Source: an uncultured Treponema sp. (GTDB lineage: Bacteria > Spirochaetota > Spirochaetia > Treponematales > Treponemataceae). From it: a stretch of 32,474 nucleotides of DNA. Positions 8,867 to 19,407 of the stretch are shown piece after piece. The DNA lies in NCBI GenBank assembly GCA_964582685.1, contig CAZOTD010000001.1, positions 1 to 32,474 on the forward strand, given 5' to 3'. The notes under the pieces are model-generated. The model was not told the origin of the DNA, made no database searches, and saw only the letters and a list, made by a program, of their open reading frames with translations. The stretch's first letter is position 1. Each line of letters opens with the position of its first letter. Both the position numbers and the translations under genes were made by a program.

Positions 8867-11098
8867 TTATTTTACTTCATAGAATACAACATTTTCTTGA
8901 TTACCACAAATGACTTTTAAAATATGTTGTCCTTTTTCAAGTGGAATTGATTGAACAAACGGTCGCGAAATTTTTGAGACAAATTTTTCGTCAAGGAAAA
9001 TTTCAAGTTCATCATTCACGCCGCCAATTACTTCAAGTCGTATCATTTGTTCCATATAAGTTTTTGCATCGTAATAAAAAACAGAATCAAATCTCGGACT
9101 AAGAATCGTTAGTGGCATATTTGTATAATTTATTTTTACTTGTTCAGGAGCATAATTATCTTCGTTCATCAAAAGCCAATTCTGATATTCTTGCGGATAA
9201 TGAACTGTTACTTTTCCAGATTCAAATTTGTGCCAAGAACACGATGGAAGTTTTTCACCTTTTTTTACAAATTCATAAACTGTCGAAACACAATTTTTTT
9301 CGGGCTTAAGTCCAGACAACTGACAAACAGGAATTTTTTCATAATTTTCAGGAAGCAAAAATGGAATACTTTCGAGATTATCAGTATTTTCAAGATAATC
9401 AAGAATTTGTTTTGCAACAGATGCAGGCAAAGAACTGCCAGTTTTTCCGATAACTGTTTTGCCCGAAAAATTTCCCATCCAAACGCCAACTGCATATCGA
9501 GAAGTTGCACCAAGCGCTGTGATATTTTGAAATTGATTTGAAGTTCCTGTTTTAAATATCGACGGATATTTTGTTTCAAATGTTTGATAAACACCAAAAC
9601 CTAGCGACCTTGCATTTTTTTCAGAAAGGAAATCGGCAATAATCCTTGCTGTGTCGCAAGAAAATTCTTGACATGCAGACGGAATTTTTAATTTATGATA
9701 TTTTTCAGAAAGGAATTCCAAAGGAATATATTTTCCATCTCGCGCGAAAACTGTAAATGCTGGCAAAAATTCATCGAGCGAAATTTCGCCAGCGCCAAGT
9801 GCAAGTCCTAATTGTGTTTTGTAAGAATTTTCAATACTTCCAGAAATTCCAAGTTCTTCAAGTTTCTGTGCAAATTCAAAAATCCCAATTTTATCAAGAA
9901 GAAAAACAGCAGGAATATTTAAACTCGATGCAAGGCAAACTCGAAGTGAAACTGGGCCATTAAATCGATTATTAAAATTGGAAGGAATATATGCTTTTCC
10001 AATTCCAAATTCCATTGGAACATCTGCAAGAACATCAGACGGTTTTACAATTTCGTTTTCGAGAGCAAGTGCATAGAGCAAAGGTTTTATACTTGAGCCA
10101 GGTTGATTTTTAAAACGCACGCCATCAATTTGCCCCGAATTATTTTCATCATAAAAATTATTATTTCCGAGCCAAGCAAGCACTTGTCCAGTTTGAACAT
10201 CTAAAACAAGCACGCTGATATTTGAAACACGACTGTCGACTGCTTTTTTTATCGCATCATCGGCGACATCTTGCACAAAAGTTTGTAGCATCAAATCGGC
10301 ACTCAGATGAACTTCAAAAGGATTTTTTGATTTAAAAATATTTGTCTGGAACGATTTTTGTTCAAGAAAAAAATTATTATCACGAAGGTATCGAACAAGA
10401 TGTGGAAAATAAAATGGATAAGTGAATTGTTTTTCAGGACTGTAATAACTTGGTCGGCGCGGAATTAATGCTAGTTTTTGAATTGACTCTTTTGGAAGTC
10501 CATCAATTCCTGTAGAAAAATAAAGACGACTTGCAGATTGAATTCCTTCGACATTATTTCCAAAAGGAATTGAATTAAGATAAAGTTCCAAAATCTCATC
10601 TTTTGAAAATCGCGCTTCAAGTTTTAGTGCACAAATTGTTTCTATAATTTTATCTTTTAATGTGCGAACATTTTTTTGTTTAAATTCATTGAATTGATTT
10701 TTGGTACTTTCATTTATAATTTTTGCAAGTTGCATTGTGATTGTAGAAGCACCACTAATATTTCTGTTATTTTTTGCATTTTGAAAAGCGGCTCGAATTA
10801 TTGCAAATAAGTCAACGCCATTATGATAATAAAATCTTTTATCTTCCGCTTTGATAAATTCAATTTTTATATCAGACGGAATTTCTTTTATCGGAACATA
10901 TTCCCGACGAAGTCCATTTTCTAGGGAAGTAATTTGGACAAGTTTATTTTTTCTGTCATAAACGCGCGTACTAAAATCTCGTTGTAAAAAAACATCAAGT
11001 TCTGGATAAGGAATTATGGAAAAGAAAATATGCAGGGCTGCATATACAACAAGCACAGCCACTGCAATTTTCAAAAAAACAAAAATTTTCTTGTTCAT
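8867..11098 (-). CDS. pbpC: Penicillin-binding protein 1C (transglycosylase/transpeptidase)
   Basis: N-terminal TM anchor; EDKRFYYHNG and GASTITMQLAK (GT51); SSIK, SLN and KTG transpeptidase motifs; directly downstream of an alpha-2-macroglobulin gene. Confidence 0.9.
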   Translation of the reverse strand: MNKKIFVFLKIAVAVLVVYAALHIFFSIIPYPELDVFLQRDFSTRVYDRKNKLVQITSLENGLRREYVPIKEIPSDIKIEFIKAEDKRFYYHNGVDLFAIIRAAFQNAKNNRNISGASTITMQLAKIINESTKNQFNEFKQKNVRTLKDKIIETICALKLEARFSKDEILELYLNSIPFGNNVEGIQSASRLYFSTGIDGLPKESIQKLALIPRRPSYYSPEKQFTYPFYFPHLVRYLRDNNFFLEQKSFQTNIFKSKNPFEVHLSADLMLQTFVQDVADDAIKKAVDSRVSNISVLVLDVQTGQVLAWLGNNNFYDENNSGQIDGVRFKNQPGSSIKPLLYALALENEIVKPSDVLADVPMEFGIGKAYIPSNFNNRFNGPVSLRVCLASSLNIPAVFLLDKIGIFEFAQKLEELGISGSIENSYKTQLGLALGAGEISLDEFLPAFTVFARDGKYIPLEFLSEKYHKLKIPSACQEFSCDTARIIADFLSEKNARSLGFGVYQTFETKYPSIFKTGTSNQFQNITALGATSRYAVGVWMGNFSGKTVIGKTGSSLPASVAKQILDYLENTDNLESIPFLLPENYEKIPVCQLSGLKPEKNCVSTVYEFVKKGEKLPSCSWHKFESGKVTVHYPQEYQNWLLMNEDNYAPEQVKINYTNMPLTILSPRFDSVFYYDAKTYMEQMIRLEVIGGVNDELEIFLDEKFVSKISRPFVQSIPLEKGQHILKVICGNQENVVFYEVK

Positions 11099-11105
11099 AT
11101 TTTGA

Positions 11106-14100
11106 TTATTTTACAATAAACAAATACCCTTCTGTACGGCCAAAAATTTCTGGTTCATACATACATTCAGTTTGAATTGGAGGAGTTGGATAAACACCAC
11201 GACGACTTGCACGAACCGTTATTTTTTCTGTGCGCTTTCCGGCAGGCATATAATTACTAAAACTTTGTGCTTCGTTGTCGTAAAAATATTGATAACCATC
11301 GTTATAAATTCCAAAGTTCCAAGAATAGTCACTAAAGTAATTATCGTTCGCACTGACTTGCAAATTTTGACTTGCACCAGTTGCAAGACTTGAGTCAACA
11401 ATTTCGACTCCTGATGGAACAGGAATTCTTGTTGCAACAAAATTTCTGTCTTGAGTTGAAAGAACAATTGTTTCAAAACTGTAAGTTTTTCCCGCTTCTA
11501 GTACAATTACTTTTGAATCGGCAGACTCAGGTTTTATTTCGTTTCCTTCCTCATCGTAAATTACAAAGTTAAGTTCAAAACCTTCATCTCTTGCAGCACA
11601 TAATTCCTCAGGAATTGCATATCGCATCATAACGTTGTAATAAAGAGAACCTTTTCCATCCTTTGTTAATTGAAGTTGCGCAAGTTGATTTTTCTTAATC
11701 TTTTTAAGTTCAGAACTGTCAAACGAAAATTGTTTTGTAACAGGTTTTGCTCCAAGCCCACGGAAGATTTCTTCCATAAGTTTTGAACTACTTTCATTAG
11801 AAATAACAGCCGAACCTTTAAAGTTAAGACTTTCAAGTTTGCGCTCTTTGATTAGCACATAAATTGATTCGAACACTCTAGCAGTTGTCGCAGTATTCTG
11901 CCAATAACCTGCTTTTTGTTTGATAAGCAAAGTGTGAAGAATGTTATTCACAATTTGATCTTTTGGATTTTGTTTTACAAAAAGTTGAAGAAGATTTGCA
12001 AGTGCTTCGCTATCGTTATCATACATTCCATAATAATAATTATAACTTGAATGATAAGTATCAAGAGAAACACTTCTTCCTGTAAATTTCATTCCTGATT
12101 TGATTGCTTTTGAAATTTCTTTTGCTTTGTTTTTGGAATCAGCGTCAGAATAATTTTCATAAGCAAGTGCAGCATAAGAAAGTGTTCCAAGCGAAAGTTC
12201 ATTTTTTGCTTGGAACTTTTCATAAATTTGATCAAGAATATATTTTATACTTTGGTCATTGTACAAACTAAAAACATAATTGGCGTATGCACCAAATGTA
12301 TTTGTCATCTCATTTTTTAAAACTGCATTTTTAATATATTCACGGAGTTTTTCTGCATTGTAACCAATTTCGTTTTCTGAATATCCGCGCTCTGATGCCA
12401 ACTTATAAATGTGCAAGAATCTAAGAGAAACAAATAAACTGTCATATCTACTTCCTGGCCAATATGGGAATGCACCATTTTCATGCTGTTCATCTTTTAC
12501 AGAATTAAACCAAGTTGTAATTAATTTTTGAGGATTTTCAACAACGCTCTTGAGTCCGAATGTTTCAATGTATTCACTAAAAATAATCAACGGCAACATT
12601 TTTGACGATTGTTGTTCAAGACAACCATAAGGATAATCAAATACATATTTTACCGCAGAACCAAGTACACCAACTTGTGATGGATCAAGCGTAATTTGAA
12701 TATTGCTTACTTCAGAATCACACCAAGATGGAATTATAATATTTTCTGAAACAGAAACTTTTTCATCTTTTAGAGGATCGTCTGATTGAACAGTTCCGGT
12801 AACGGCAACTGTTTCAAATGTATATGGTTTTTCAATTTCGATTTTTGAAACAAGTTTTTCGTTAATCACTTTTGATTTGACTTCATACAAAAGTTCAACT
12901 ATTCCAGCATTTGTTGCAGCAACATTAAAATAAAGTGGCACAGTTTTTCCAGCAGGAACCGTGATTGACTTAGATATTTTATCATCGACAAATGCACTTC
13001 CAGATTCTGTAACAAGACCTCTTATGCTATCAGAATCATAATTTGATTGTGGAGCACGCACAGAAAGTGCAACTGTTACCTTTTGACTTACTGAATCCAA
13101 GTTTGTAATTATTACTCCTGCTTCTGCTGTATCACGAACACGAAGTCGGCGAGGTTGAACAGCTTGAACGTTTATCGGATTTTGAACAAGAACTTCTGAT
13201 TCATTCAAAGCAAAATCATTTTTAGCAACACCAAATGCTGTAACTCGATAAGTTGTAAGTGAATCTGGAAGTTTAAAAGAAACTTTTGCTTTTCCATTTG
13301 TGTCAGTAACAATTACAGGTTCAAATAAAGCAGTCGGCCTAAAATCTTTTCGTTCTTCTTTTTGACTGTTTGAATTAAGACTTTCAGCATCTCCACCTGC
13401 CAAAGATTTTACTTTGTAAGTTACAGGATCCATAAGCATTGAACGAGTGTCGCCACCAATAACACCAAGAGGGAAATTATATTCTGAATAAAAGAAATTC
13501 AGAGGATCTTGAACATGATAATTAATAAGGTCAATTACGGCTCTATCAACTACCATTACTGTAAGTTCTGCATTAGAAATTGGATTGCCATCTTTTGTTG
13601 CTGTCAGTTCAAGAGTAATTTCTTCTCCTGGATGGTAAGTTGCTTTTTCTGCTTTAACGTCAACTTTAAATCGCGCTTGTTCTAAATCAACTTTTAGCGC
13701 CGTAACTCCATAATAACCTTTTGGTTTTTCCAAATCTGGTTCACCATATTTATGAATTGGTTGACCATCACGAGTTGAATATGAACTAATTGAAACATAA
13801 ACAAGTGGCAAAAATTCCTTTTCAATAGGAATAGAAAGTTCCGTACAACTTGTATCAAGATGAATTACTTTGCTTGAAATAATTGATTCCCTTTCAACCG
13901 TAACAAGATAATCACCTTTTGGCAAAGAACTTTCAAGCAACAGTTTTGCTGTATCGCCAGGTTTGTAAGAAGTTCTGTCAGGAGTTAATCGAAGGGCAGA
14001 AGCATTGTCTGTATCATACCAATAATAATCTGCACCTGTTACATAAAATGATTTTTCTGTTTTAATTGCATTGTATTTTGTATCTTTTGCAAGAACTGAA

Positions 14101-17100
14101 ACTGTATAATAACCTGCTTTTTCTGGAGTAAAAGAAATTATTCCTTTTGAGGAAGGTTCAAGTTTTCCATTTGCTACAGGTTCTGTAACTTTTTCCCAGC
14201 GAGAATAAATTCCGTCAACAGCATCTTCGGCACTATATCTCCAAGTAGTGCGTGTTATCGAATATTCCAATTTATCATTCACTAAAGAACTTGGAGCAAT
14301 ACTTCCGTCAATCTTAAAAAGTGCAAATGGAATATCAAGTTTTTCTTTTGTACGAGGGAATCCAGAACGATAACCTTTTTCAAGTCCAATGTAAAACATT
14401 CCTGGATGAACAACTTTTATTGCACCCGCAAAAATTCTTTGATTTGAAATATCCGTTACACCAATTTCTGCACGATATGAATATGCTTGACCAAGAATTC
14501 CCTGCGTTGTATTGCAACTAATTTTTGTTGAACCATTTTCGTTTACTTTTCCTTTTGTCTGAGAAACGAACTGTGCTGATTGATATGAATCTTGTGGACC
14601 AAAAATATAATTCTGTGCCTCAACCGATGGTGGCACAAAATCAACTGCTTGCATATACCAACTTGCATCGTAAGACGCACCAGTCAAATCGCCACCAGCA
14701 AGATAACTTGCTTTCAACTCTGTTGTAATTGTATCTCCAAGATAATATTGCACATCAGGAATTGAAGCACTTGCTTGGAATTTTAGTCTTTCAAAATACG
14801 AAACTTGAAGAGGTTCTTGCGAAATCCGTTTTCCGTTTTGATAAAAAGAAATATAATATATTCCAGGTTTTATATCATTTGGAATATCAAATGTTCCAAA
14901 GAAACCTCCAGATTCAGAAAGTGAACCTTCTAAAGTTTCATAGACTTCATCTTCCGACCAACTTATTTTTTCGAGTTTAACTTCGTATCTTCCAGATTCT
15001 GGCTCAAAATCATTTCGTGTTTGTTTACGAACAATTCCCCTAAAACTTACAGTTTCGCCAGGTCGATAAATTCCTCGATCGGTAAACAAAAATACAAGAT
15101 TTTTATTTCGTGAATAAATATTTTTAAAATCAGTGGTAGAAATACCAAAACGCCAGGGATAATGAGTTTCTGGAATAAATGTTACTTTGTCATTTCCATT
15201 TTCAACAAAAAGAGCAAGTGCATTTTCATATTGTGCGTTGCAGACATTTTCAATTTCATATGTAGGAATTTCAATTTCAACAAAACCGTTCTTATCCGTA
15301 GTCCCAGACGCAAAATATTTTTTGTAATCAAAACCATCGTCTATAATTTGAGAACTATTTTTGTAAAGATAAATTTTTGCGTTTGGAACTGGCAAATTAT
15401 CAGAAAGAGTTCTTACCATAGCGACAACTTTGTCATAACCAATACGAGTTGTTATTGCAAGATTAGTTACTTGAATATTAACACGGTCTGTTGAATCGTA
15501 ATCTATATATTCTTTATTCCATTGATTCCAATAGTGAATAATTCCTTTTGTCGAAATTGAAATAAAACCAAGTCCATTTTTAAGATATGGGTCGAGGTCA
15601 ATTTCTTCAAAATATGGTTTATTGTCAAGCGCAGTTTTAAGATTGTGGACATTGTTGCTATGAAGTTCATTTTCTCTATTGTAACTATTTGTAATTGGAT
15701 CGTCCGTTGATGAAATTGCATACGAACCATCGAGGAGATTTTGATGTTCAATAATAAATTTATGTGGAAATTGTGCTTCGAGAATTTTGTTGCCAATATC
15801 AAGCATTTTTAAATAACTTTCTGCTTTTGGCAATGTAAAAAGTTTACTGTAAGAGTTTATAAGTTCTTGTCCATAAATATCTTTAATTCCGTTTGTGCCA
15901 TTTATATCAATGCGATATTCAGTTTCATATTCAAATTTCATTTGCCTAAACGAAACTGTGTTTCCAGTTACTGAAATATTGTTTTCGTCAAAATCTAGTG
16001 GCGGATAAAAAGAAATCGATTTTGCAACTGAAGTTTTGTCAACAGGTTGATTAAAATTAAGAACAAGAGTTTTGTTGTAATTTTGATAAGTTGTTCTTTG
16101 CAATTCAAAAGGTCTAAGCGTATAATATGATTGCATCGATTCATCTTGTGTTCCTTTGGCAGAATATATTTCGACAATTGAATTTTTTCCAATTTCGCCG
16201 TCAATGTGAACATAAAAATTATTTGAATCTGTAGTTTGAACATATTTAAAACGACTAGAAGTTTCATCATAACTTCTTTCGACAGGAATTGCTGAAAAAC
16301 TTCGTTTTTCACTATTTACAAAAACTTCAATATTTTTTGCAAACACTTCTTGTGTAACTTCACCATTCACAATAACAATCGAATCCGCTGCATTTTTAAG
16401 TGGAACGCCCGCAGAACTGTTGTAATAAAAATTTTGATTCAAAGAAGTTCCTGCAAGAATTCTTGAAATTCTAAGTTCTTGTGCTTTTGTTTTAAAAATC
16501 CTTTCGCCAGAAATTTTTACTCCTGACAAACTTTGTAGATTTTCGTTTACTTCAATTGTGTAAACTTGAGAAGGCATAAGTTTTTCAGAAGGAAGAAAAA
16601 CAACTTGTCTTGTTCCAATCCATCTAAACTTTCCCTCAAGAGAAGGCGTTACAGTAAACACAGCAGCTGGATTATCTTCGTTTTCTAATGTTGTAAGTGC
16701 TCTCACTGGAATAGAAAATGAAACATAAAATTCTGGATTTTTCATTGCAGCAGGAACTGTTTCTTGTGGTCCCCAAGAAACAACTGTAAATTCTTGTCCT
16801 TGATTTGTACTTTCATATTTTTCTAATTCTGGTTCAGTAATTGTTTTTACTGCTTCAATTGCACTTGAAAGATCAGAACGACGCACATTATATTGAGTTT
16901 TATAGTTTTTTAAGTTCTTTATCTCTTGTACATTTGATGATTTAATATCTTGTTTTGCTTGTTCTTTATAATCATAATCATAATTAGTCAAAAAAGTTTG
17001 TGCTTCTGCCAAAGAAAATGTTTTTGCAGAAGGAGTTTGTCCATATACATAGACTTCTTTTTTACAACTGATTGTAACAAACAATGTTAGCGACAAACTA

Positions 17101-17132
17101 ATAAGTGTTATAAAATACTTTTTTGTGTGCAT
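11106..17132 (-). CDS. Bacterial alpha-2-macroglobulin family lipoprotein
   Basis: Lipobox-like VTISC; FTDRGIYRPGETV, LPDSLTTYRVTA, thioester motif YPYGCLEQ, C-terminal ECMYEPEIFGRT; 2008 aa; paired with pbpC (7-bp gap). Confidence 0.95.
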   Translation of the reverse strand: MHTKKYFITLISLSLTLFVTISCKKEVYVYGQTPSAKTFSLAEAQTFLTNYDYDYKEQAKQDIKSSNVQEIKNLKNYKTQYNVRRSDLSSAIEAVKTITEPELEKYESTNQGQEFTVVSWGPQETVPAAMKNPEFYVSFSIPVRALTTLENEDNPAAVFTVTPSLEGKFRWIGTRQVVFLPSEKLMPSQVYTIEVNENLQSLSGVKISGERIFKTKAQELRISRILAGTSLNQNFYYNSSAGVPLKNAADSIVIVNGEVTQEVFAKNIEVFVNSEKRSFSAIPVERSYDETSSRFKYVQTTDSNNFYVHIDGEIGKNSIVEIYSAKGTQDESMQSYYTLRPFELQRTTYQNYNKTLVLNFNQPVDKTSVAKSISFYPPLDFDENNISVTGNTVSFRQMKFEYETEYRIDINGTNGIKDIYGQELINSYSKLFTLPKAESYLKMLDIGNKILEAQFPHKFIIEHQNLLDGSYAISSTDDPITNSYNRENELHSNNVHNLKTALDNKPYFEEIDLDPYLKNGLGFISISTKGIIHYWNQWNKEYIDYDSTDRVNIQVTNLAITTRIGYDKVVAMVRTLSDNLPVPNAKIYLYKNSSQIIDDGFDYKKYFASGTTDKNGFVEIEIPTYEIENVCNAQYENALALFVENGNDKVTFIPETHYPWRFGISTTDFKNIYSRNKNLVFLFTDRGIYRPGETVSFRGIVRKQTRNDFEPESGRYEVKLEKISWSEDEVYETLEGSLSESGGFFGTFDIPNDIKPGIYYISFYQNGKRISQEPLQVSYFERLKFQASASIPDVQYYLGDTITTELKASYLAGGDLTGASYDASWYMQAVDFVPPSVEAQNYIFGPQDSYQSAQFVSQTKGKVNENGSTKISCNTTQGILGQAYSYRAEIGVTDISNQRIFAGAIKVVHPGMFYIGLEKGYRSGFPRTKEKLDIPFALFKIDGSIAPSSLVNDKLEYSITRTTWRYSAEDAVDGIYSRWEKVTEPVANGKLEPSSKGIISFTPEKAGYYTVSVLAKDTKYNAIKTEKSFYVTGADYYWYDTDNASALRLTPDRTSYKPGDTAKLLLESSLPKGDYLVTVERESIISSKVIHLDTSCTELSIPIEKEFLPLVYVSISSYSTRDGQPIHKYGEPDLEKPKGYYGVTALKVDLEQARFKVDVKAEKATYHPGEEITLELTATKDGNPISNAELTVMVVDRAVIDLINYHVQDPLNFFYSEYNFPLGVIGGDTRSMLMDPVTYKVKSLAGGDAESLNSNSQKEERKDFRPTALFEPVIVTDTNGKAKVSFKLPDSLTTYRVTAFGVAKNDFALNESEVLVQNPINVQAVQPRRLRVRDTAEAGVIITNLDSVSQKVTVALSVRAPQSNYDSDSIRGLVTESGSAFVDDKISKSITVPAGKTVPLYFNVAATNAGIVELLYEVKSKVINEKLVSKIEIEKPYTFETVAVTGTVQSDDPLKDEKVSVSENIIIPSWCDSEVSNIQITLDPSQVGVLGSAVKYVFDYPYGCLEQQSSKMLPLIIFSEYIETFGLKSVVENPQKLITTWFNSVKDEQHENGAFPYWPGSRYDSLFVSLRFLHIYKLASERGYSENEIGYNAEKLREYIKNAVLKNEMTNTFGAYANYVFSLYNDQSIKYILDQIYEKFQAKNELSLGTLSYAALAYENYSDADSKNKAKEISKAIKSGMKFTGRSVSLDTYHSSYNYYYGMYDNDSEALANLLQLFVKQNPKDQIVNNILHTLLIKQKAGYWQNTATTARVFESIYVLIKERKLESLNFKGSAVISNESSSKLMEEIFRGLGAKPVTKQFSFDSSELKKIKKNQLAQLQLTKDGKGSLYYNVMMRYAIPEELCAARDEGFELNFVIYDEEGNEIKPESADSKVIVLEAGKTYSFETIVLSTQDRNFVATRIPVPSGVEIVDSSLATGASQNLQVSANDNYFSDYSWNFGIYNDGYQYFYDNEAQSFSNYMPAGKRTEKITVRASRRGVYPTPPIQTECMYEPEIFGRTEGYLFIVK

Positions 17133-17156
17133 ATTAAACTTCCAGGATTATAAATT

Positions 17157-17187
17157 TACCGTATAGTATATGATATATTATACGGTA
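17157..17187. repeat. Inverted repeat TACCGTATAGTATA-TGA-TATATTATACGGTA (14-bp arms, one G/T mismatch)
   Basis: Read directly in the intergenic space between the P-type ATPase stop and the alpha-2-macroglobulin start; function unknown. Confidence 0.7.
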
Positions 17188-17228
17188 TCATAAAGGAAAG
17201 TTCATTACAACTTATGTTCAACTACTTT

Positions 17229-19142
17229 TTAAAGATTTTTAACAAACAAAACTCTAATTGCGTTGACAACACAAAGTACCATAACTCCAACATCGGCAAA
17301 AATTGCAATCCACATATTTGCAATTCCGAGAGCACCAAGAATAAGGCATGCAAACTTAACAAACAAGGCAAAGGTAATATTCTGGTAAACGATTCTCATA
17401 CATTTTTTTGCAATACGAATTGCTTTAGAAATTTTTAACGGATTATCGTCCATTAAAACGACATCGCTTGCTTCGATTGCTGCATCACTTCCTAATGCAC
17501 CCATCGAGATTCCGACATCTGCTCGAGTCAAAACTGGCGCATCATTTATTCCGTCACCGACAAACGCAAGCATTTCTCTATTTCCTTTTTCTGCCAGAAG
17601 TTCTTCCAGTTTTTCAACTTTATCTTGTGGAAGAAGTTCATAGTAAACTTGATCAATTCCAAGTTCGTTTGCAACTTTTTGAGCAATGGCTTTTGCATCT
17701 CCTGTGAGCATCACATTCTTTTTAATGCCAAGAGATTTTAGTCGCTGAATTGCTTCTTTTGAATCTGGCTTTATTACATCAGAAATTACAATATGTCCTG
17801 CATATTTTCCATCGATTGCAACATGAACGATTGTGCCAACACTATGACATTCCAGATATTCAATTTTTTCTTGTGCCATCAATTTTCCGTTGCCAACAAG
17901 AACTCGTTTTCCATCGACTAAAGCACTTATTCCATGTCCGCCGACTTCTTTAACATCTTGAACGCGACTTTTATCAAGTGGTTTTCCATAAGCTTTTTGC
18001 AAACTTTTACTAATCGGATGAGTTGAAAAACTTTCTGCAAGCGAAGCAATTTCTAAAAGTTTTTCGTTTTCGAGCGTACTGTGGTGAATAGCAGAAACTT
18101 CAAAAACGCCTTTTGTCATAGTTCCCGTTTTATCAAATACAAGATATTTAACTTTCGAAAGTGCTTCCATATAATTGGAACCTTTAATAAGAATTCCATT
18201 TGAAGATGCACCACCAATTCCTGCAAAAAACGAAAGTGGAATACTAATCACAAGAGCACAAGGGCAACTGATTACGAGAAAAGTCAACGCACGATAAATC
18301 CAGACATTCCACAATGCGAGAGTTGAATTTTCTTTCATAAAAATTATTTGAATTAAAGGAGGAAAAATTGCAAGCAACAAAGCAGCAAAACAAACTACAG
18401 GCGTATAAACTTTTGCAAATTTAGAAATAAAATTTTCCGAACGAGATTTTTTTGAACTTGCATTTTCAACAAGTTCAAGAATTTTAGAAGCAGTCGACTG
18501 ACCAAATTCTTTAGTTGTCTTTATTTTGATTAATCCAGAAACATTAATACATCCACTTGAAACTTCATCACCAGGGCGAACTTCGCGCGGAAGACTTTCT
18601 CCTGTCAAAGCCGAAGTATCTAAAGTTGTAGTTCCTTGCGTAATAATTCCATCAAGTGCAATTTTTTCGCCAGGCTGAACAACAATTATCGAACCAATTT
18701 TTACAATGTCGGGTGAAACTTGTTCTAATTGCCCATCTTCTTTTTCAAGATACGCATAATCGGGCCGAATATCCATAAGATCAGAAATATTTTTTCGGCT
18801 TTTTCCGATTGCAATTGACTGAAACAATTCTCCTATTTGGTAGAACAACATAACGGCAACACCTTCTGTATATTCACCAAGAGCAATCGCACCAATAGTT
18901 GCAACAGCCATCAAAAAATTTTCATCAAAAGGTTTTAGATTTAAAATTCCTTTTGCAGCCTTTTTAAGAATATCCCAGCCAATAATAAAATACGGAATAA
19001 AAAAAAGCCAAAAGTCGAGTGGCTTTGTCAAAAATTTTATCTGTGTAAATCCAGGAATAAATTCTGTAACAAGTTTTAAACCCAAAATCAAGATAGCCGA
19101 AATAATTATACGAAATAAATTTATTTTTTGCTTTTTCGTCAT
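17229..19142 (-). CDS. cadA: Heavy-metal translocating P1B-2 type ATPase (Zn/Cd/Pb, CadA/ZntA-like) lacking an N-terminal metal-binding domain
   Basis: LTGES, SCPCALV, DKTGT, STHP and GDGINDAP motifs; Lys in VKF and Asp-x-Gly in FADVG are typical of subclass P1B-2. Confidence 0.92.
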   Translation of the reverse strand: MTKKQKINLFRIIISAILILGLKLVTEFIPGFTQIKFLTKPLDFWLFFIPYFIIGWDILKKAAKGILNLKPFDENFLMAVATIGAIALGEYTEGVAVMLFYQIGELFQSIAIGKSRKNISDLMDIRPDYAYLEKEDGQLEQVSPDIVKIGSIIVVQPGEKIALDGIITQGTTTLDTSALTGESLPREVRPGDEVSSGCINVSGLIKIKTTKEFGQSTASKILELVENASSKKSRSENFISKFAKVYTPVVCFAALLLAIFPPLIQIIFMKENSTLALWNVWIYRALTFLVISCPCALVISIPLSFFAGIGGASSNGILIKGSNYMEALSKVKYLVFDKTGTMTKGVFEVSAIHHSTLENEKLLEIASLAESFSTHPISKSLQKAYGKPLDKSRVQDVKEVGGHGISALVDGKRVLVGNGKLMAQEKIEYLECHSVGTIVHVAIDGKYAGHIVISDVIKPDSKEAIQRLKSLGIKKNVMLTGDAKAIAQKVANELGIDQVYYELLPQDKVEKLEELLAEKGNREMLAFVGDGINDAPVLTRADVGISMGALGSDAAIEASDVVLMDDNPLKISKAIRIAKKCMRIVYQNITFALFVKFACLILGALGIANMWIAIFADVGVMVLCVVNAIRVLFVKNL

Positions 19143-19171
19143 TTTTTTTCCCTCAATAATTTTAAATTAAA

Positions 19172-19390
19172 TTAGAATTCAATTTCGCAATCGTCTTCAA
19201 TCTTTCTGCAATTTTTTAAAACTTCTTTCATAATTTTGTTTACATCAGCATCATCTGCAAATTCAACATACATTCTCTGTAACATAAAATTTATAGAACA
19301 GTTAAGAACGCCAGAAGTTTTTTTTGTAGCTTCTTCCATTAAATTTGCACAATTTGCACAATCTACTTCGATAGTAAAAGCTTTTGTCAT
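19172..19390 (-). CDS. Stand-alone heavy-metal-associated (HMA) domain protein, 72 aa
   Basis: VDCANCA (CxxC); start moved from 19447 to the ATG at 19390, which follows a GGAGG SD; lies between the regulator and the ATPase. Confidence 0.88.
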   Translation of the reverse strand: MTKAFTIEVDCANCANLMEEATKKTSGVLNCSINFMLQRMYVEFADDADVNKIMKEVLKNCRKIEDDCEIEF

Positions 19391-19407
19391 TTTTCCTCCA
19401 AATAAAA

